This document shows positions 39,572 to 51,848 of a stretch of 64,000 bases of DNA, piece after piece. The DNA is taken from contig NC_086100.1 of assembly GCF_963921235.1 (NCBI RefSeq), positions 42,036,001 to 42,100,000 on the forward strand, in the 5' to 3' direction. The position numbers and the translations under genes were made by a program. How positions within the stretch are numbered: position 1 is the stretch's first letter; each line of letters begins with the position of its first letter. The notes under the pieces are model-generated. The model was not told the origin of the DNA. It was given only the letters and a program-made list of their open reading frames with translations, and made no database searches. The stretch comes from Mobula hypostoma. Taxonomy: Eukaryota.

Positions 39572-39767
39572 CACATCAAAATTGCTGGTGAACGCAGCAG
39601 GCCAGGCAGCATCTCTAGGAAGAGGTACAGTCGACGTTTCAGGCCGAGACCCTGAAACGTCGACTGTACCTCTTCCTAGAGATGCTGCCTGGTCTGCTGT
39701 GTTCACCAGCAACTTTGGTGTGTGTTGCTTGAATTTCCAGCATCTGCAGAATTCCTGTTGTTTGCGT
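39572..39767. mobile_element. Fold-back Penelope pLTR mini-insertion (~72-bp arms) with a 14-bp TSD
   Basis: Arms at 39572-39643 and 39651-39722. TSD agaaaaaggctgtt at 39558-39571 and agaaagaggctgtt at 39768-39781. Confidence 0.88.
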
Positions 39768-40518
39768 AGAAAGAGGCTGTTGACGTGCCCCATTAACTTT
39801 TTCTTTGTCTTAATATGACGACTGCTGCGAAAGAGTTTCCAGCATTTTGTTCTTACTTTGAATTCTAAACAGTCACATCATTTTTGCTTTTGTATTCCTG
39901 ATCATTGGGTATTATTAAAATGACAGCTGGAAATTTCTAGATTATGAAATCACTTAATACAGCACTTAAAAGTTTTAGGAGATGATTAACTCAATTCAGC
40001 ATTTATGTACAAACAAATTAGATTCTGAAGAAATATAACAGATTTTGACATTGGACTGAAATATGTGGATAAATGTGAAAGTGTAATAATGGCACACAGC
40101 TTTCAATGAGGAATTTGATAATATACCAGCTACAAACTTGGAAATCTAAAATAATTGCAGTATTGTAAACAGAATATCATTCTCTACAATGGTGTGATAA
40201 ATGAAATTTTTATCTCTAACATTGCATTGTTAGCTTCTGATAGATGTGACAATCAAAAGACAATCTGATCTCTGAGTATTTTAGTTTCCAGTGTTGCTTT
40301 ATGGACCGCTGCAGAAACCTGTGCATTGTATTGGAGAGATGTCCACTCTGTAATGTATTGCCTGGAAGTTGTCTCTCATTCCCAGTTAAGACATCCATTT
40401 TGTTCTGCTTGTGCATGTAATATCTACCATGGCTGTCCTAAACTGGAAAGGGTTACCTCCAATGGAAATGGAAGCTTGAAAGTTTGCAATCAAATATTCA
40501 TTTGAAATGTGGTTTATA

Positions 40519-40761
40519 TGTAGGCAACCCCTCAATAAACCCATATTTAACTTTACAAATCATGCCAACTAATATGAGATACAGATTAAAATTTAACTCT
40601 CATGGAATTTATGTGTCAGTATTTGCTTTAGTTTCAGCTTTCATTTCTTGACATGCACATACACTGTATTTTTTTTGTGCTATGGAAAAATCTTGATTCG
40701 GACAATTTTTTGGAACACAACCCACTCCCCCCCCCTTCAGTAATGTAGGGTTTTGCCTGTA
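40519..40761. mobile_element. Possible Tigger/pogo-like MITE
   Basis: Ends tgtaggcaacccc... and ...gggttttgcctgta form imperfect TIRs with a terminal TA. Confidence 0.35.
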
Positions 40762-42190
40762 TTGCCACCACCGTTACCCTCTCAGGTTTAAATTTCCAAC
40801 CAGCAATTTTTGAGCCACTTCCTATCCAACCCGACTGACACTAGCTTAGAGTAGGCACTTTGTTTCAGCACATGTATATTTCCTCCACATGCGACTTTGA
40901 GCACATTTCTCTGTCTGTTTGGTAATCCCTTCCCATGACCAAACTTGGAATGGTACATCTGCTTTGGGAATCTGGTGTTAGGCCTGCAAGCAATGTGGCC
41001 TGTCTAACGTAGCTACTTGAGAGTAACTGGGTCCTGGGGATTTTGGACTGGGAGAGGTCACTGATGTTGGTTCTCTTATCCTTTTAATGAATTTGGAGGA
41101 TTTTACGGAGGCTGTAAAGATCTATAGCAAGACTCTGAAAATGTAGACCTCTTTCTGTAAGTTGTTACCTCATGGCAAAGGCAAACATCAGTAGTTAAAT
41201 TAACCACTGCCTTCAAATGAGTAAAATGTGATTTGAAAATCAAGAACTTACGGGTATCATGGCAGCGGTGCTCTGTGCCCTCTTGAGACCTGGATTACTT
41301 TTTTAGATTATGAGGACACAGTCCTTTTTTATTGTCATTTAGTAATGCATGCATTAAGAAATGATACAATGTTTTTCCAGAATGATATCACAGAAACACA
41401 TGACAAACCAACAGAACTACAGGAAGGATAAGCAAACTAGGAGTCCTCAATCAGCAAATATTCCCAATGAAAAGACACAGTTACAGCTGTAAAATGACCA
41501 ACTATGAGGCAAAGTAAATTGTGAAGTACTTTATTAAAGCTGCTGTAGCACAAGCATGTTTAAAGTTTTACTGCAGATGTTCTGAGTTGGATGGATCTGT
41601 GCCTAATTTAAAAAAATTATGTTAGCTCATACTACTACATATTCGACAGATAAAATAACCATTTTTGTTGATTTTAGCAAAATACCTTTCTAACCAGAGC
41701 TCTATGTGGGCCATATATCTGTGGCAATGCAGTGTGATGGAGTGGTAGCTCTGTGTGACTTCCCATGTACCAATCTAAAATGCTTTACTACATCAGTGGT
41801 GAGAAGAAAGCATGTATACAGAATCTTGCAAGTGTTTGATCAAGAACTACAAATGCTATAAAAGTCTGCAGTAAGTTAAACAATCTGGACTTCGCCTGTA
41901 TGGAAGGAAGCAACATTTTAAATTTACTGATTTGCTCAAATGTAGATTAGTAGATGCCTCGTAGTGAGTTAACAAATGAAACATTTTGTTTGCTGACGTA
42001 TAGATTAGCTAAAACTTCATAGCTGAGGAACTCAAAAAAAGTTTCTGAATATTGACTTTTTTAAGGAAGAATTGGCTACATCCACCAGAGTATGCAGTAA
42101 CATATAGGCTCTAAATATTTAAAATTATCCACTGTGATATGAATCATCTCTGCATGCTAATAATAACAAAACCTGAGAGTAGAAGGATAT

Positions 42191-42373
42191 TTAAAAACGC
42201 AAACAAGAGGAATTCTGCAGATGCTGGAAATTCAAGCAACACACATCAAAGTTGCTGGTGAACACAGCAGGCCAGGCAGCATCTCTAGGAAGAGGTACAG
42301 TCGACGTTTCAGGCCGAGACCCTTCGTCCAGCAACTGTCCAGTTACGTTCACCAGCAACTTTGATGTGTGTTG
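42191..42373. mobile_element. Fold-back Penelope pLTR mini-insertion with a 12-bp TSD
   Basis: TSD gtagaaggatat at 42179-42190 and 42374-42385; inverted pair caacacacatcaaagttgctggtgaac / gttcaccagcaactttgatgtgtgttg. Confidence 0.88.
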
Positions 42374-42970
42374 GTAGAAGGATATGGAAGGGCTGCAAAA
42401 GTCTTCCCACAGTCCTCATGCATGATAAATGCTGATGCAGGTCGATCCACCTTCTTTCCATCAATCAGGTAGTCTGAAGTAGCTGATGATTGCACAATTT
42501 TAAGACCATTAAAATATAGGAATATCTTAAATTCCAGTTGCAACATAACAGTGAATGAAGCAGTCATCACAATCTAGATATAGGCTGATTCAATAGTTAA
42601 CATTTACTCTACAAAATTGACAGGAAATAACCTTCTCTAGCAAGAGAACATCTAACCACCTCGTTTAGTACCACCACTGAATTGCCAATCATTAATATCC
42701 TGAGGTTTACTGTTGACCATAACTTCAAGTTTATCGTCAGCACAGGTAATACATGTACATCGAAACACACAGTGAAATCTGTTGTTGCATCAACAACCAA
42801 CTCGCTCAAGGATGTGCTAGGCGGGGCAGCCCACAAGTGTCCCCTCACATTCCAGCCCCAACACAGTATGCCTAAAATGCTCGGCAGAACACAACTTGTT
42901 TGGACAAAGGAAGCCGACTGGATTGACACACAATATCCCAACGCCAAACGTACAATCTGTGTACCGTTTA

Positions 42971-43644
42971 CAGACATCCCACCTCTCCTGGAACTTCCGG
43001 GAGTCTCCTGCATATTGATAGTGGCTCCCTGATGCCCGCAAATTATATACGATATCACGGAAATCAATTTTTTTTGAGAGTGAGTGAGAGAAAAGCAAGA
43101 GAGAGTGCTGCGGGGNNNNNNNNNNNNNNNNNNNNNNNNNNNNNNNNNNNNNNNNNNNNNNNNNNNNNNNNNNNNNNNNNNNNNNNNNNNNNNNNNNNNN
43201 NNNNNNNNNNNNNNNNNNNNNNNNNNNNNNNNNNNNNNNNNNNNNNNNNNNNNNNNNNNNNNNNNNNNNNNNNNNNNNNNNNNNNNNNNNNNNNNNNNNN
43301 NNNNNNNNNNNNNNNNNNNNNNNNNNNNNNNNNNNNNNNNNNNNNNNNNNNNNNNNNNGTACATCACCCCTGCCTACTAGGAGTCAAAATAATGACAGTG
43401 TTGCTCGCTGCACTGTTTGCAACAGTGACTTTTCTATTGCCCATGGTGGGTTAAGACTGTGAAAGACATGTTGAGGTAAGTTTAACAGGTGTCATTCGTT
43501 CATTAGCATAGCTAACGTTATTTAAACTAGCTGGCCAGCTACTAAGGAGCCACTCTATTGCAGACGTCCCACCTCTCCCAGAAGTCTCCCGCAAATTGAT
43601 GGTGCTACCTCCCTGAAATCAGTTTTTGCAGGGTGGGATGTCTG
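42971..43644. mobile_element. Non-autonomous TIR DNA transposon (hAT-like) with a 6-bp TSD, spanning the assembly gap
   Basis: TIRs cagacatcccacc and ggtgggatgtctg; cgttta on both sides (42965-42970, 43645-43650); internal direct copy of the left end at 43561. Confidence 0.75.
43116..43358. other. Assembly gap (243 N)
   Basis: Run of N. Confidence 1.
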
Positions 43645-43935
43645 CGTTTATACACTAAAGTTGGCGTCTCTACAACAAAATTCACCTGAACGGTACCTCC
43701 CAAACCATCAATCGCCAGACGAAAACAGCAGGTGCATTGACATTAAACGATAAGTGTTTTGTGTAGAACTGCTGCAAAACCCCGAAACCCGTTACGAGAC
43801 ATCCTGCTTGTTAACGAACTGAAAACCAAAGTGGTTTAGGTGTAGAATTACTTTTAGTACATTTGAAAGTGTTATTGCAATCGCCAAATCTATTAGTTGT
43901 TTAAAAACTACGCATTAAGTAGGAAGTAATGGAAT

Positions 43936-44068
43936 AAAAGTGAAACTGAAGAGAGCTGACGTGGCGGGCGATTGCACCAACTACCTCCGCCATTCTCTGC
44001 GATCCTCAACAGAAATGAGGGCGTCGGACCAGGAGGAGGAGGCTGAGGTCATGTGACTGGTCACATGA
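43936..44068 (+). promoter_or_regulatory. SLC12A9-family promoter region with paired CLEAR/M-box-like E-boxes, a TGACGTGG site and an IRF-like site
   Basis: GTCATGTGAC at 44048-44057 and GTCACATGA at 44060-44068 (inverted pair); TGACGTGG at 43957-43964; AAAAGTGAAACT at 43936-43947; CpG-rich context. Confidence 0.55.
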
Positions 44069-44133
44069 GAAGCGACAGTGCCGGTGTAGGGTACAGGCGT
44101 GGGGTCTTGTGAGCTTGTCGGCTGTTTGCAGCC

Positions 44134-44308
44134 ATGGCTGAACGCACTCCCCTGCTCAACTACAGGTTGTACGTGGCTCCCGATGCTGGCAGCCTCCGTA
44201 GACCGACAGAATGCCAGCAGACGTCAGCTAAGAAGCTGTCCACTTTCTTCGGGGTGGTGGTACCCACCCTGCTTTCCATGTTCAGTGTGGTGGTTTTTCT
44301 GCGAATAG
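44134..44308 (+). CDS. SLC12A9: SLC12A9-family cation-chloride cotransporter, coding exon 1
   Basis: Kozak gccATGg; MAERTPLLNYRL...KKLSTFFGVVVPTLLSMFSVVVFLRI; donor G|gtaagt, phase 1. Matches SLC12A9 MASESSPLLAYRL...RKLSTFLGVVVPTVLSMFSIVVFLRIG. Confidence 0.93.
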
Positions 44309-46427
44309 GTAAGTGCTGGCCCCAAAGTTTCTGCCCGACCCCGAACTTGCTGCTGTCCGGTTGTTGTTTAGCTTGGTCACAAATGGAAATTCCCTTCTTG
44401 ACGTCAACCACAGTCGGATGAGACCCGAGGTGGCTCTGTTGATGCCCGACTTTCTTACTATGTCTATCATTGTTTTTGTTCTCCAGTTTAAAGATACAAA
44501 TTCAAATACTCTCTAACTTTACTTAATACATATTATTTAGGGTAAAAGTTCACCTTGACAAAACTAAATTAGCCTGCCTTAAACATAAACAATTAGTCAG
44601 GGTGACTAGTTAACAGCCTTTTTGAACTAGCTCGGTTCATATGTACGGTAGCTCACAGTCTTGCCTGCCATAACTTTTGTAGGTCTTGTACTGTTCAATT
44701 CCTTCCTGGTTCTACCTACCCACCCACTACCTTTGTAAGCTCTCCCAGCCTCGCAGAGTTCTGGGAATTCATTGTTGCACCCCCAGTTTCATTGACCTGT
44801 AGCTTGTGACAGCATTGAGTTGTTAAGGTGACAAGCTATGAAATTATGTCCCTAAAATTTGCCACCACAGTGAGTCTTATTATATCTGCCCATTAGTCAT
44901 ACGACATATGACTAGGTTTTATTTGAAGACACTTTCTGGGAGGGGTGTGGGAGTTATTACATTGTGTTTGTACACTATCGAACACTCACCTGACGTTCTC
45001 TTTCAGTAATTCAGCCTCCAAAAGCATAGTTTATAAAGAAAGTATCCTCCTGAACTAGCTCATTGATATTGACTAATGTAACGAAAAATCGCTTACAGGT
45101 GTCCCATACCAACAAGAAAGGATAAATCAAAATCAGGGGTTGGAATGGAAGTTTTTGCTTGCATGTGATTATGAATGGCCTACTTTGTTTTTTCTGCTTT
45201 AATGACTTCACTCTTTTAAAAATACTGGTCAATGCCCTGATTGATTTCAATCTTTGTTTCTGTTGCCTTGGAAATAGATTATTAATGTGCCCTTGAGTAA
45301 CTGCGAACTATAACAGACTCAATTATTTGGAGGTGCATCCATTTTGGCAGTCAAGTATATTGGAATTTCACTTTGACTTCTTGACTTAGTTCCTTATTTT
45401 CTCCAGAGCAATGTCTGGCACGAATGAATAAAAACTGAAAAGTTACTGCCCAAATAGAAGATGTGATTTCTGCTTCATGGTACTTCTTAATCTTTAAAAG
45501 GTCATGATCTCAATTTTACATATGAATTTTTCCTTTTGTCGAAAAGAGAATTGTAGAAAAGATAATTATGCAGATTTTTGTCATTGACCAAATTTTTGCT
45601 AACTATTTTAAAATTCAGCTTTAATTTGTAGCACTTCCCTTTTGGTAATAAAGTTGTGGGTTGGATTCCTACACAACACAAGAATTTCATTGCAGAAGTG
45701 TGGGATCATTGCTTTGTCATCTTTGGATGTGATATTAAACTGAAGTCACATGTGTTCTCAGTTATTCCACAAAACAAAACATCTACCAGCAGCTGAATGA
45801 TCTTCTGTTTCTGCACTCCAAACATCCATGTGAGGTGAAGATCCTAAGGTACTCAAATTTCCCCATTCAACAAGACAGGATACTTATCTAGTATGCTGTT
45901 TATGGACCTTTTTGCATTAGCAATATTATTTGGTTGTATAGTGATCTGCTTTGGAAACTAGTTTGCCTTGTTCTATGGACAGTCTCAACAAGCACCTCCA
46001 AATAAAGTACTCCCATTTGCAAAGGCTCACTTTCCTACAGTGAAACTTTTTTTCTTCTTTCTTGTTCACGGCTCTGGATTATAAAGACATCAGAGAGCAT
46101 TTCATAGTATTGAAGGTTATAATCTTAAATCAAATCTTACCAAAATCTGTTGAAGTTGTTGGATACGATTGGAGTCATTTCTTGATTTTTTTTTCTCCCA
46201 GAGACCTTTGATATCCTAATGGAGATCAGTGGGATGAACTTAATTCCCTTTGAAAATAATTTTCCCCATAGAAATCTATGATTAATTCAACAATTCACCA
46301 ATCAGTTTGTAATATAATGTTAATACAGAAAATGGATATTAATAAATTTTTTCCCAACCAGGTTCATCGTGATACATAGCAAATGTATTTTCTTGTTTAA
46401 TAACTGCCTTTATTTTTTAAATTAAAG

Positions 46428-46562
46428 GTTTTGTTGTTGGTCAAGCAGGACTGTACCAGACTATCCTTATGTTCATTGTGGCATATCTCATCATAAGCAT
46501 GACTGTGTTATCAGTGTGTGCTATCTCCACAAATGGTGCATTGGATGCTGGTGGTGCCTACT
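46428..46562 (+). CDS. SLC12A9: SLC12A9-family exon 2 (GFVVGQAGLYQTILMFIVAYLIISMTVLSVCAISTNGALDAGGAY)
   Basis: 135 nt, aag acceptor, followed by the U12 donor GTATCCTTT. Confidence 0.93.
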
Positions 46563-47546
46563 GTATCCTTTGTGATATTTATAAAATCATTAGCTTTAAA
46601 TACTGTTGTTTAGTAATTTACCAAAGTAACATTTTGCAGCATCTAGATTTAAGAGTTTCAGTTGTATTAATATTTAGGAATAGCAATGTCAATATTTAAA
46701 AATGGTGATGACTAACAATTCTGAAAATAATTATTTTATATGTCAAAGGTCATTGAGATTGCCCACTCCATTGAATCCCACTAATTTTAAAACTTTAGCT
46801 AGTTAGCCATCCTTCTAAATGGAATGGAAGCCAACTTATTGAGATTTATCTTCATGTTTCAACCCTTGAAGCCCTCGTATTGTGAATGCAGTGTCCCAAA
46901 CAAGATCAGTTATTTGTACAGAAGCTTATGCCTTGATGAGTTTAGTTACTTTCATGAGGGTTGCTTACTTAAATCTATGCTGTCTACCAGTCTGTTTATA
47001 TTTAATGCCACTTATCCCAGTGTCGTGGCAGAGACCAAGAGAAATAGGAGAAATAAAATTGTGTTTCTCAACAAAAGGCATATTAACTGCCCTCAACTTC
47101 CACAAACAAATCAGAATATTTTTTCCTTCACCTCTTCTGCACTCTAACGTGACAGAATGAACCAATCCGTTCAGCCTGAGAATGCTAGGTATTGCTTATA
47201 AATGACGTGCTGCCAAGAAAAACGTGTGCACTTTTAAAACTTCACTAACATGGTTCTCATTTTTAGATTCAATATTTCTGAATTTTTCTCACTGTGCAAG
47301 CCAACTTTGTGGTCTGTTTTGACTCCTTCCTTTGTGCACCAGTGTCAAGTCAATACACCAATGTCATATGGGGCAGAATATAAATTAAATATACCAGCAT
47401 TATTGTGCATTGCACTTGCAAGAAGGTAACCACATCTGACTTCATCAAACAAGCCTTGTTTTAGTATCAAATACAGACTATATTGATTGCAAATAATCAT
47501 AGGATTTTCCAAAGATGTTGCTGCTTTTCCTTAATGTTGTGGCCAG
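46563..47546 (+). other. U12-type (minor spliceosome) GT-AG intron
   Basis: 5' splice site GTATCCTTT; branch site TTCCTTAAT at 47527-47535, 11 nt before the intron end (CAG); no polypyrimidine tract. Splicing gives GGAY-Y-MISR in frame. Confidence 0.92.
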
Positions 47547-47684
47547 ATATGATCAGTCGAGCTTTAGGCCCGGAGTTTGGGGGCAGCATTGGAGTCATGT
47601 TCTTCTTAGCAAATGTATGTGGGAGTGCCCTTTACGTCCTGGGTCTTGTTGAATCTATTGTTGATATTTTTGGTTTGCCACTTG
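47547..47684 (+). CDS. SLC12A9: SLC12A9-family exon 3 ([46 protein letters not shown])
   Basis: 138 nt, donor G|gtaagc; CCC family signature MISR.LGPEFGG.IG. Confidence 0.94.
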
Positions 47685-49152
47685 GTAAGCAATTTAGATT
47701 AATTCAACTTTTTTTTTGTTTCTGCAAATGCTATCGTCTTAATTTTTGGGGATTATTTACACATTTGTTGGCAAAAAAATAAAACACAGGGATTAATGTA
47801 CTGTAATAGAAAATGAACAACATATTTATCATTAAAAATGACTGTAGCTTTAAACAGACCTACTAAGAGATCCAGAGATTTTATTTCCCTGCTGTTGCAC
47901 CAAATTAAAAAAGATTTTTTTTCTGTAAATATTATATTGTTCCTGATAAATTTTATGATTTTTGTAGATTCAAGGATGAGCCTTGAACTAGGAAGCCAGT
48001 GATGTAAGACAAACAGGCCCTTCAGCCCAAAATGACAGTACTGACTAGAAAGTACCTGCATGTGCTAATCCCATTTACTGCACTTGGTGTGGAAATGTAT
48101 CTTTGTGATAAGGATGTCAAGTAGCTTGTCACATTGCAGGAGCATGTGTGGGATCTTTAAGGAAGTGAATAATGGTAGAGAGATACAAGAGACACTACAG
48201 ATGCTGGAAACCTGGAGTAATGTGCACAAAAATGAGGAACTCAGCAGGTCAGGCAGCATCTATGGAGGCAAATAAATAGTTTTTGTTTCAGACAGGGACT
48301 TTAATCAAGACTGGAGGGGAACGGGGCAGAATAAAAGGGTGGGGGGAGGAGGAGGAATACAAACTGGTAGGTAATATGTAAATCCAGGTAAGGGAGGAAA
48401 GGCAGGAGGGTAGGGATGGAGAAGAAAAGGGAGAAGCTGGGAGATAACAGATTCAGATTTGTGTGTCACCTGCACATTGAAAAGTACAGTGAAGTGCATC
48501 ATTTGCGTTGACAGTCAACATTCAAGGATGTGCTGGGGACAGCCCACAAGTGTTGCCACATATTCTGGTGCCATCATAACATGCCCAGAAGGCTCGTCGG
48601 AACAATATAACACAACAAAACCGAATACAGCAAGCAGCAAAACAAACCCATTTCTTCCCTCCAACCGACTCATTCCGACAGCCCTCCAACTTCAGGATGG
48701 GTCTCCAGGCTTTGACTTCCAGACTTCTGATTGACCTTAGGACTTCGATCTTTGGTATTGACGACTGTACTAGCTGATGGCAGGATGGCGAGGTCCAGAC
48801 TCGTCCACTAAGTTACCCTCATGTCTACTGGTTAGTTGGATGTCCAATCCTGGAACAGCCTGTCATCTACGGATGTCCTTCATCACCTCTCCCTGTCGCT
48901 CACCTTCAAGCGCAGAGCGCAGGTCTAGATTCCAGGTGTCCCCTTGGCTCAGTGCTCACGTCGCTCACCAGGGCAGAGTGGAGGCCTGGATTTCAGATGT
49001 CCTTCATCACCCATCCATGTCACTGGATTTCAGATGCAGAGTAGATGCTGACGTGTAACTCCTCCACATCCCTGATCCAAAACCCTAATCTGACCTATAA
49101 CTCTCTGAGCCCCTAAACCAGCGCTAAGAACAAAAAAAACCTGTGGCTAAGT

Positions 49153-49343
49153 CAGGGGTCAGCAACCTTTTAGCCTCTCTGGGCCGGATCGCGTATTAAT
49201 GAGCGGATGGTGGGCCCGATAAATGCCATAAAAAACTTGGAATATGGGAATTATCCATTTAAATACATCTAGTTATGTTTTGCCTCAAATTAAGGAATAA
49301 TGCATGCTAGAAAATAATTTGTGCTTAAGGTTGCCTACCCCTG
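49153..49343. mobile_element. hAT/Charlie-like MITE (191 bp)
   Basis: 17-bp TIRs caggggtcagcaacctt versus reverse complement caggggtaggcaacctt; no matching 8-bp TSD seen. Confidence 0.7.
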
Positions 49344-49856
49344 CTTTGGCCTTGACAGAGGCTGCAGCTCGGTGTCACCTTGACCAGAAGGAAGAGGCAG
49401 AGGGCTAAAGGAGGGATCTGATTGGAGAAGACCAGAGGCCATGGAAGTCACGAACTAGAGGGAAGAAGGTGAAAGTAATGGGCAGGTCATTGGGGAAGAG
49501 GAAGAGAAGGAGGTCACAGGGGAAAACGGGATGTGGGAAACAGCAGTGGTTACTGGAAATTAGAGCAATAATGGAGAGATATTACCTTGCATTCCACAAA
49601 GGAGAAGCTTTTGTTTTCAGTTTAACATTCATTTGAAACAAGCAATTGATTTCAAAAATTTCCCTGCACATTGTGAGCAAGTGAATCCTTACTCTTCTGA
49701 AAGCCAAACTGCAACCTTTAGTGTGAGCCCCTTTGAAATAGTCTCAAATCAGTACATCAGTGAGAATTTTCTCTACCTTCTTTCTAACATCTGAAAAATG
49801 TACGTACTGTAAATTACTTCCTGATCCTGAGATTAAATATGCAATTTATATATGTA

Positions 49857-50009
49857 AGCAACACACATCAAAGTTGCTGACGAAGGGTCCCAGCCTGAAA
49901 TGTTGACTGTACCTGTTCCTAGAGATGCTGCCTGGCCTGCTGCGTTCACCAGCAACTTTGATGTGTGTTGCTTGAATTTCCAGCATCTGCAGAATTCCTT
50001 GTGTTTGTG
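49857..50009. mobile_element. Fold-back Penelope pLTR mini-insertion with a 14-bp degenerate TSD
   Basis: Inverted pair agcaacacacatcaaagttgctg / cagcaactttgatgtgtgttgct; the sense arm starts at ctgacga. TSD aatttatatatgta at 49843-49856 and aacttgtatatgta at 50010-50023. Confidence 0.82.
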
Positions 50010-50179
50010 AACTTGTATATGTACTTGTGTTGTTCTGTTGAGTCCAGCTAATGTCCTAATAAACCCATGGGGCACTTCCATCCAGGACTTCTAACTTTGA
50101 TCCTGGTGTGATTCCTATGTTACGAGGGGATTGAACCCAACAGTCTCTCTTCAATATTGCACCAAGTCTGTGAAGAATA

Positions 50180-50711
50180 CAGTGATTCTGGTTCATTGGA
50201 CTGTTGCTTAATTGGGGCAAACACTTATTTAGGACAACTCTTAAAAGAACAAAAACTAACCAAGAAAATAGGATTCACTTCATTTATTTGGGACAAAATG
50301 CTGATTAATTGGTACAGGAGACTGTTGCAGAACAGTTTCCAACTACTGTCAGCTGTGTGCACTTGTGTGGCCGTTAGATAATGCACCTTGTTTTTAGAGC
50401 GAATAGTTTTTAAGTAGCATCAGTTGCTTGTATTATGTTATCCATTTGGGCTAATAGCTGATTCAAAAAAGCAGTGATTTTTTTGATAATTTTGTTTTTT
50501 ATTTTGATTTCGAAAGATTACAGCACCACTTCCTGCAGAAAGGCAAAAAAGGCAATCCATTATCTGCACTAGGTGTCTGCCCTGATTGTGGTCATTTACA
50601 GTCAATCAAAATAATATGCGCGCACACACACACACAAGTTTCCATGAAACTTTGGCTAATTGAGCCAAAATGTACTAATTTTGATGTGTCCCAATTAACC
50701 AGAATCCACTG
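50180..50711. mobile_element. Tc1/mariner (Tigger-like) MITE
   Basis: ta|cagtgattctggttcattgg ... ccaattaaccagaatccactg form TIRs. Confidence 0.7.
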
Positions 50712-51548
50712 TGTCAGTTTTCCAATAACCTCTGGAATTTGAATAAATTAGTTACTCAACACTGATTTCAAAGACGTTGTTTCCAGATGTTTTGTGAGTT
50801 GCCAGTGGTCACTCCATTTTAACTTTCTTTTCACGTGGTAAGAACAACTCTAATTGGCTCATTACCACATTGGAATAAGCAAAGTGTCCTTATAAACATA
50901 TGCCTGCCTGCCTGCTCTACAATTTACTGCTGTGAAGCCTAGTGGTTTTTTCCTGTACAGAACAGGTGTGAATTACATGACCTACGAGAGATGTCCCATG
51001 CATTCATAGTGGATGCCAGCGCTAACTAGACAATATCCCTGTGGACCTCTGCATCCACATGCATTGCTCGTGCCACTGTTTGTCCCACGCCCAATTAGAG
51101 AGGAGGTGACGTAGCATCCACACCAGGACCACCAGACTCGAAATAGTTACTTTCCCCAGGCATTAAATCTGTTCAACACCTCCACCATTTCTCTATTATT
51201 TCCCCTCATTCTCTTTATGTACAGCCTTGCGTTACTTTATGGACATACAATCAATCTGTATATAAACTAAGTTGTGCAGATGTACTTATTGTTTATTTTT
51301 GAATTATTGTTGTGTTCTTGTATTTTTTTGTGCTGCATCAGATCTAGAGCAACAATGATTTTGTTCTCCTTGTGCTTGGGTACAGGAAATGACATTAAAA
51401 TCCTTAATCTTAAATAGCATTGACAAAGAAATTACAGGAACAATATTTAACGGAACTAAAGAATTCGGCAGTGGTCTGTATCATATGTTAAGATGTAGTT
51501 CCTTTTATGCGAAAGTGGGTTGCTAATTGAAACATCTGGTTTTTACAG

Positions 51549-51848
51549 GGCAAACCACAAGAAGTGGCATTCAAGTTCTTCCTCAATCGTACTGGTATGA
51601 GCTTCTCTATGGCACAGTGATTCTCATCTTCTGCCTTCTTGTGTGTTTGGTTGGAGCTGATATCTATGCCAAAGCTACCTTCGTAATTTTCATCATTGTT
51701 ATAGTGGTGCTCTGCACAATATTTATTAGCTTTTTTGCAGTGTCACCTAGATCTATTAATATTACAGTGACATCAGGGAATATCACAGAATTTCGAGAGG
51801 GTTTATTTACTGGATTTAATCTGTCAACTCTAAAGAGCAACCTTCCAC
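51549..51848 (+). CDS. SLC12A9: SLC12A9-family exon 4 (GQTTRSGIQVLPQSYWYELLYG...FTGFNLSTLKSNLP)
   Basis: 300 nt, ttttacag acceptor, C|gtaagt donor, phase 1/1. Matches SLC12A9 VLPQGY...LLYG...FTGFN.STLKDNL. Confidence 0.94.

Noticed and set aside
39572-39722. Hairpin as a miRNA precursor or terminator
   Set aside because: Fully explained as an inverted Penelope pLTR with a TSD; no independent evidence of processing.
42609-43454. Long ORFs of 98-252 aa
   Set aside because: Artefacts of translating through the N gap.
22690-44000. A shared bidirectional promoter for ARMC9 and SLC12A9
   Set aside because: The two starts are ~21 kb apart and each has its own CpG-rich region.
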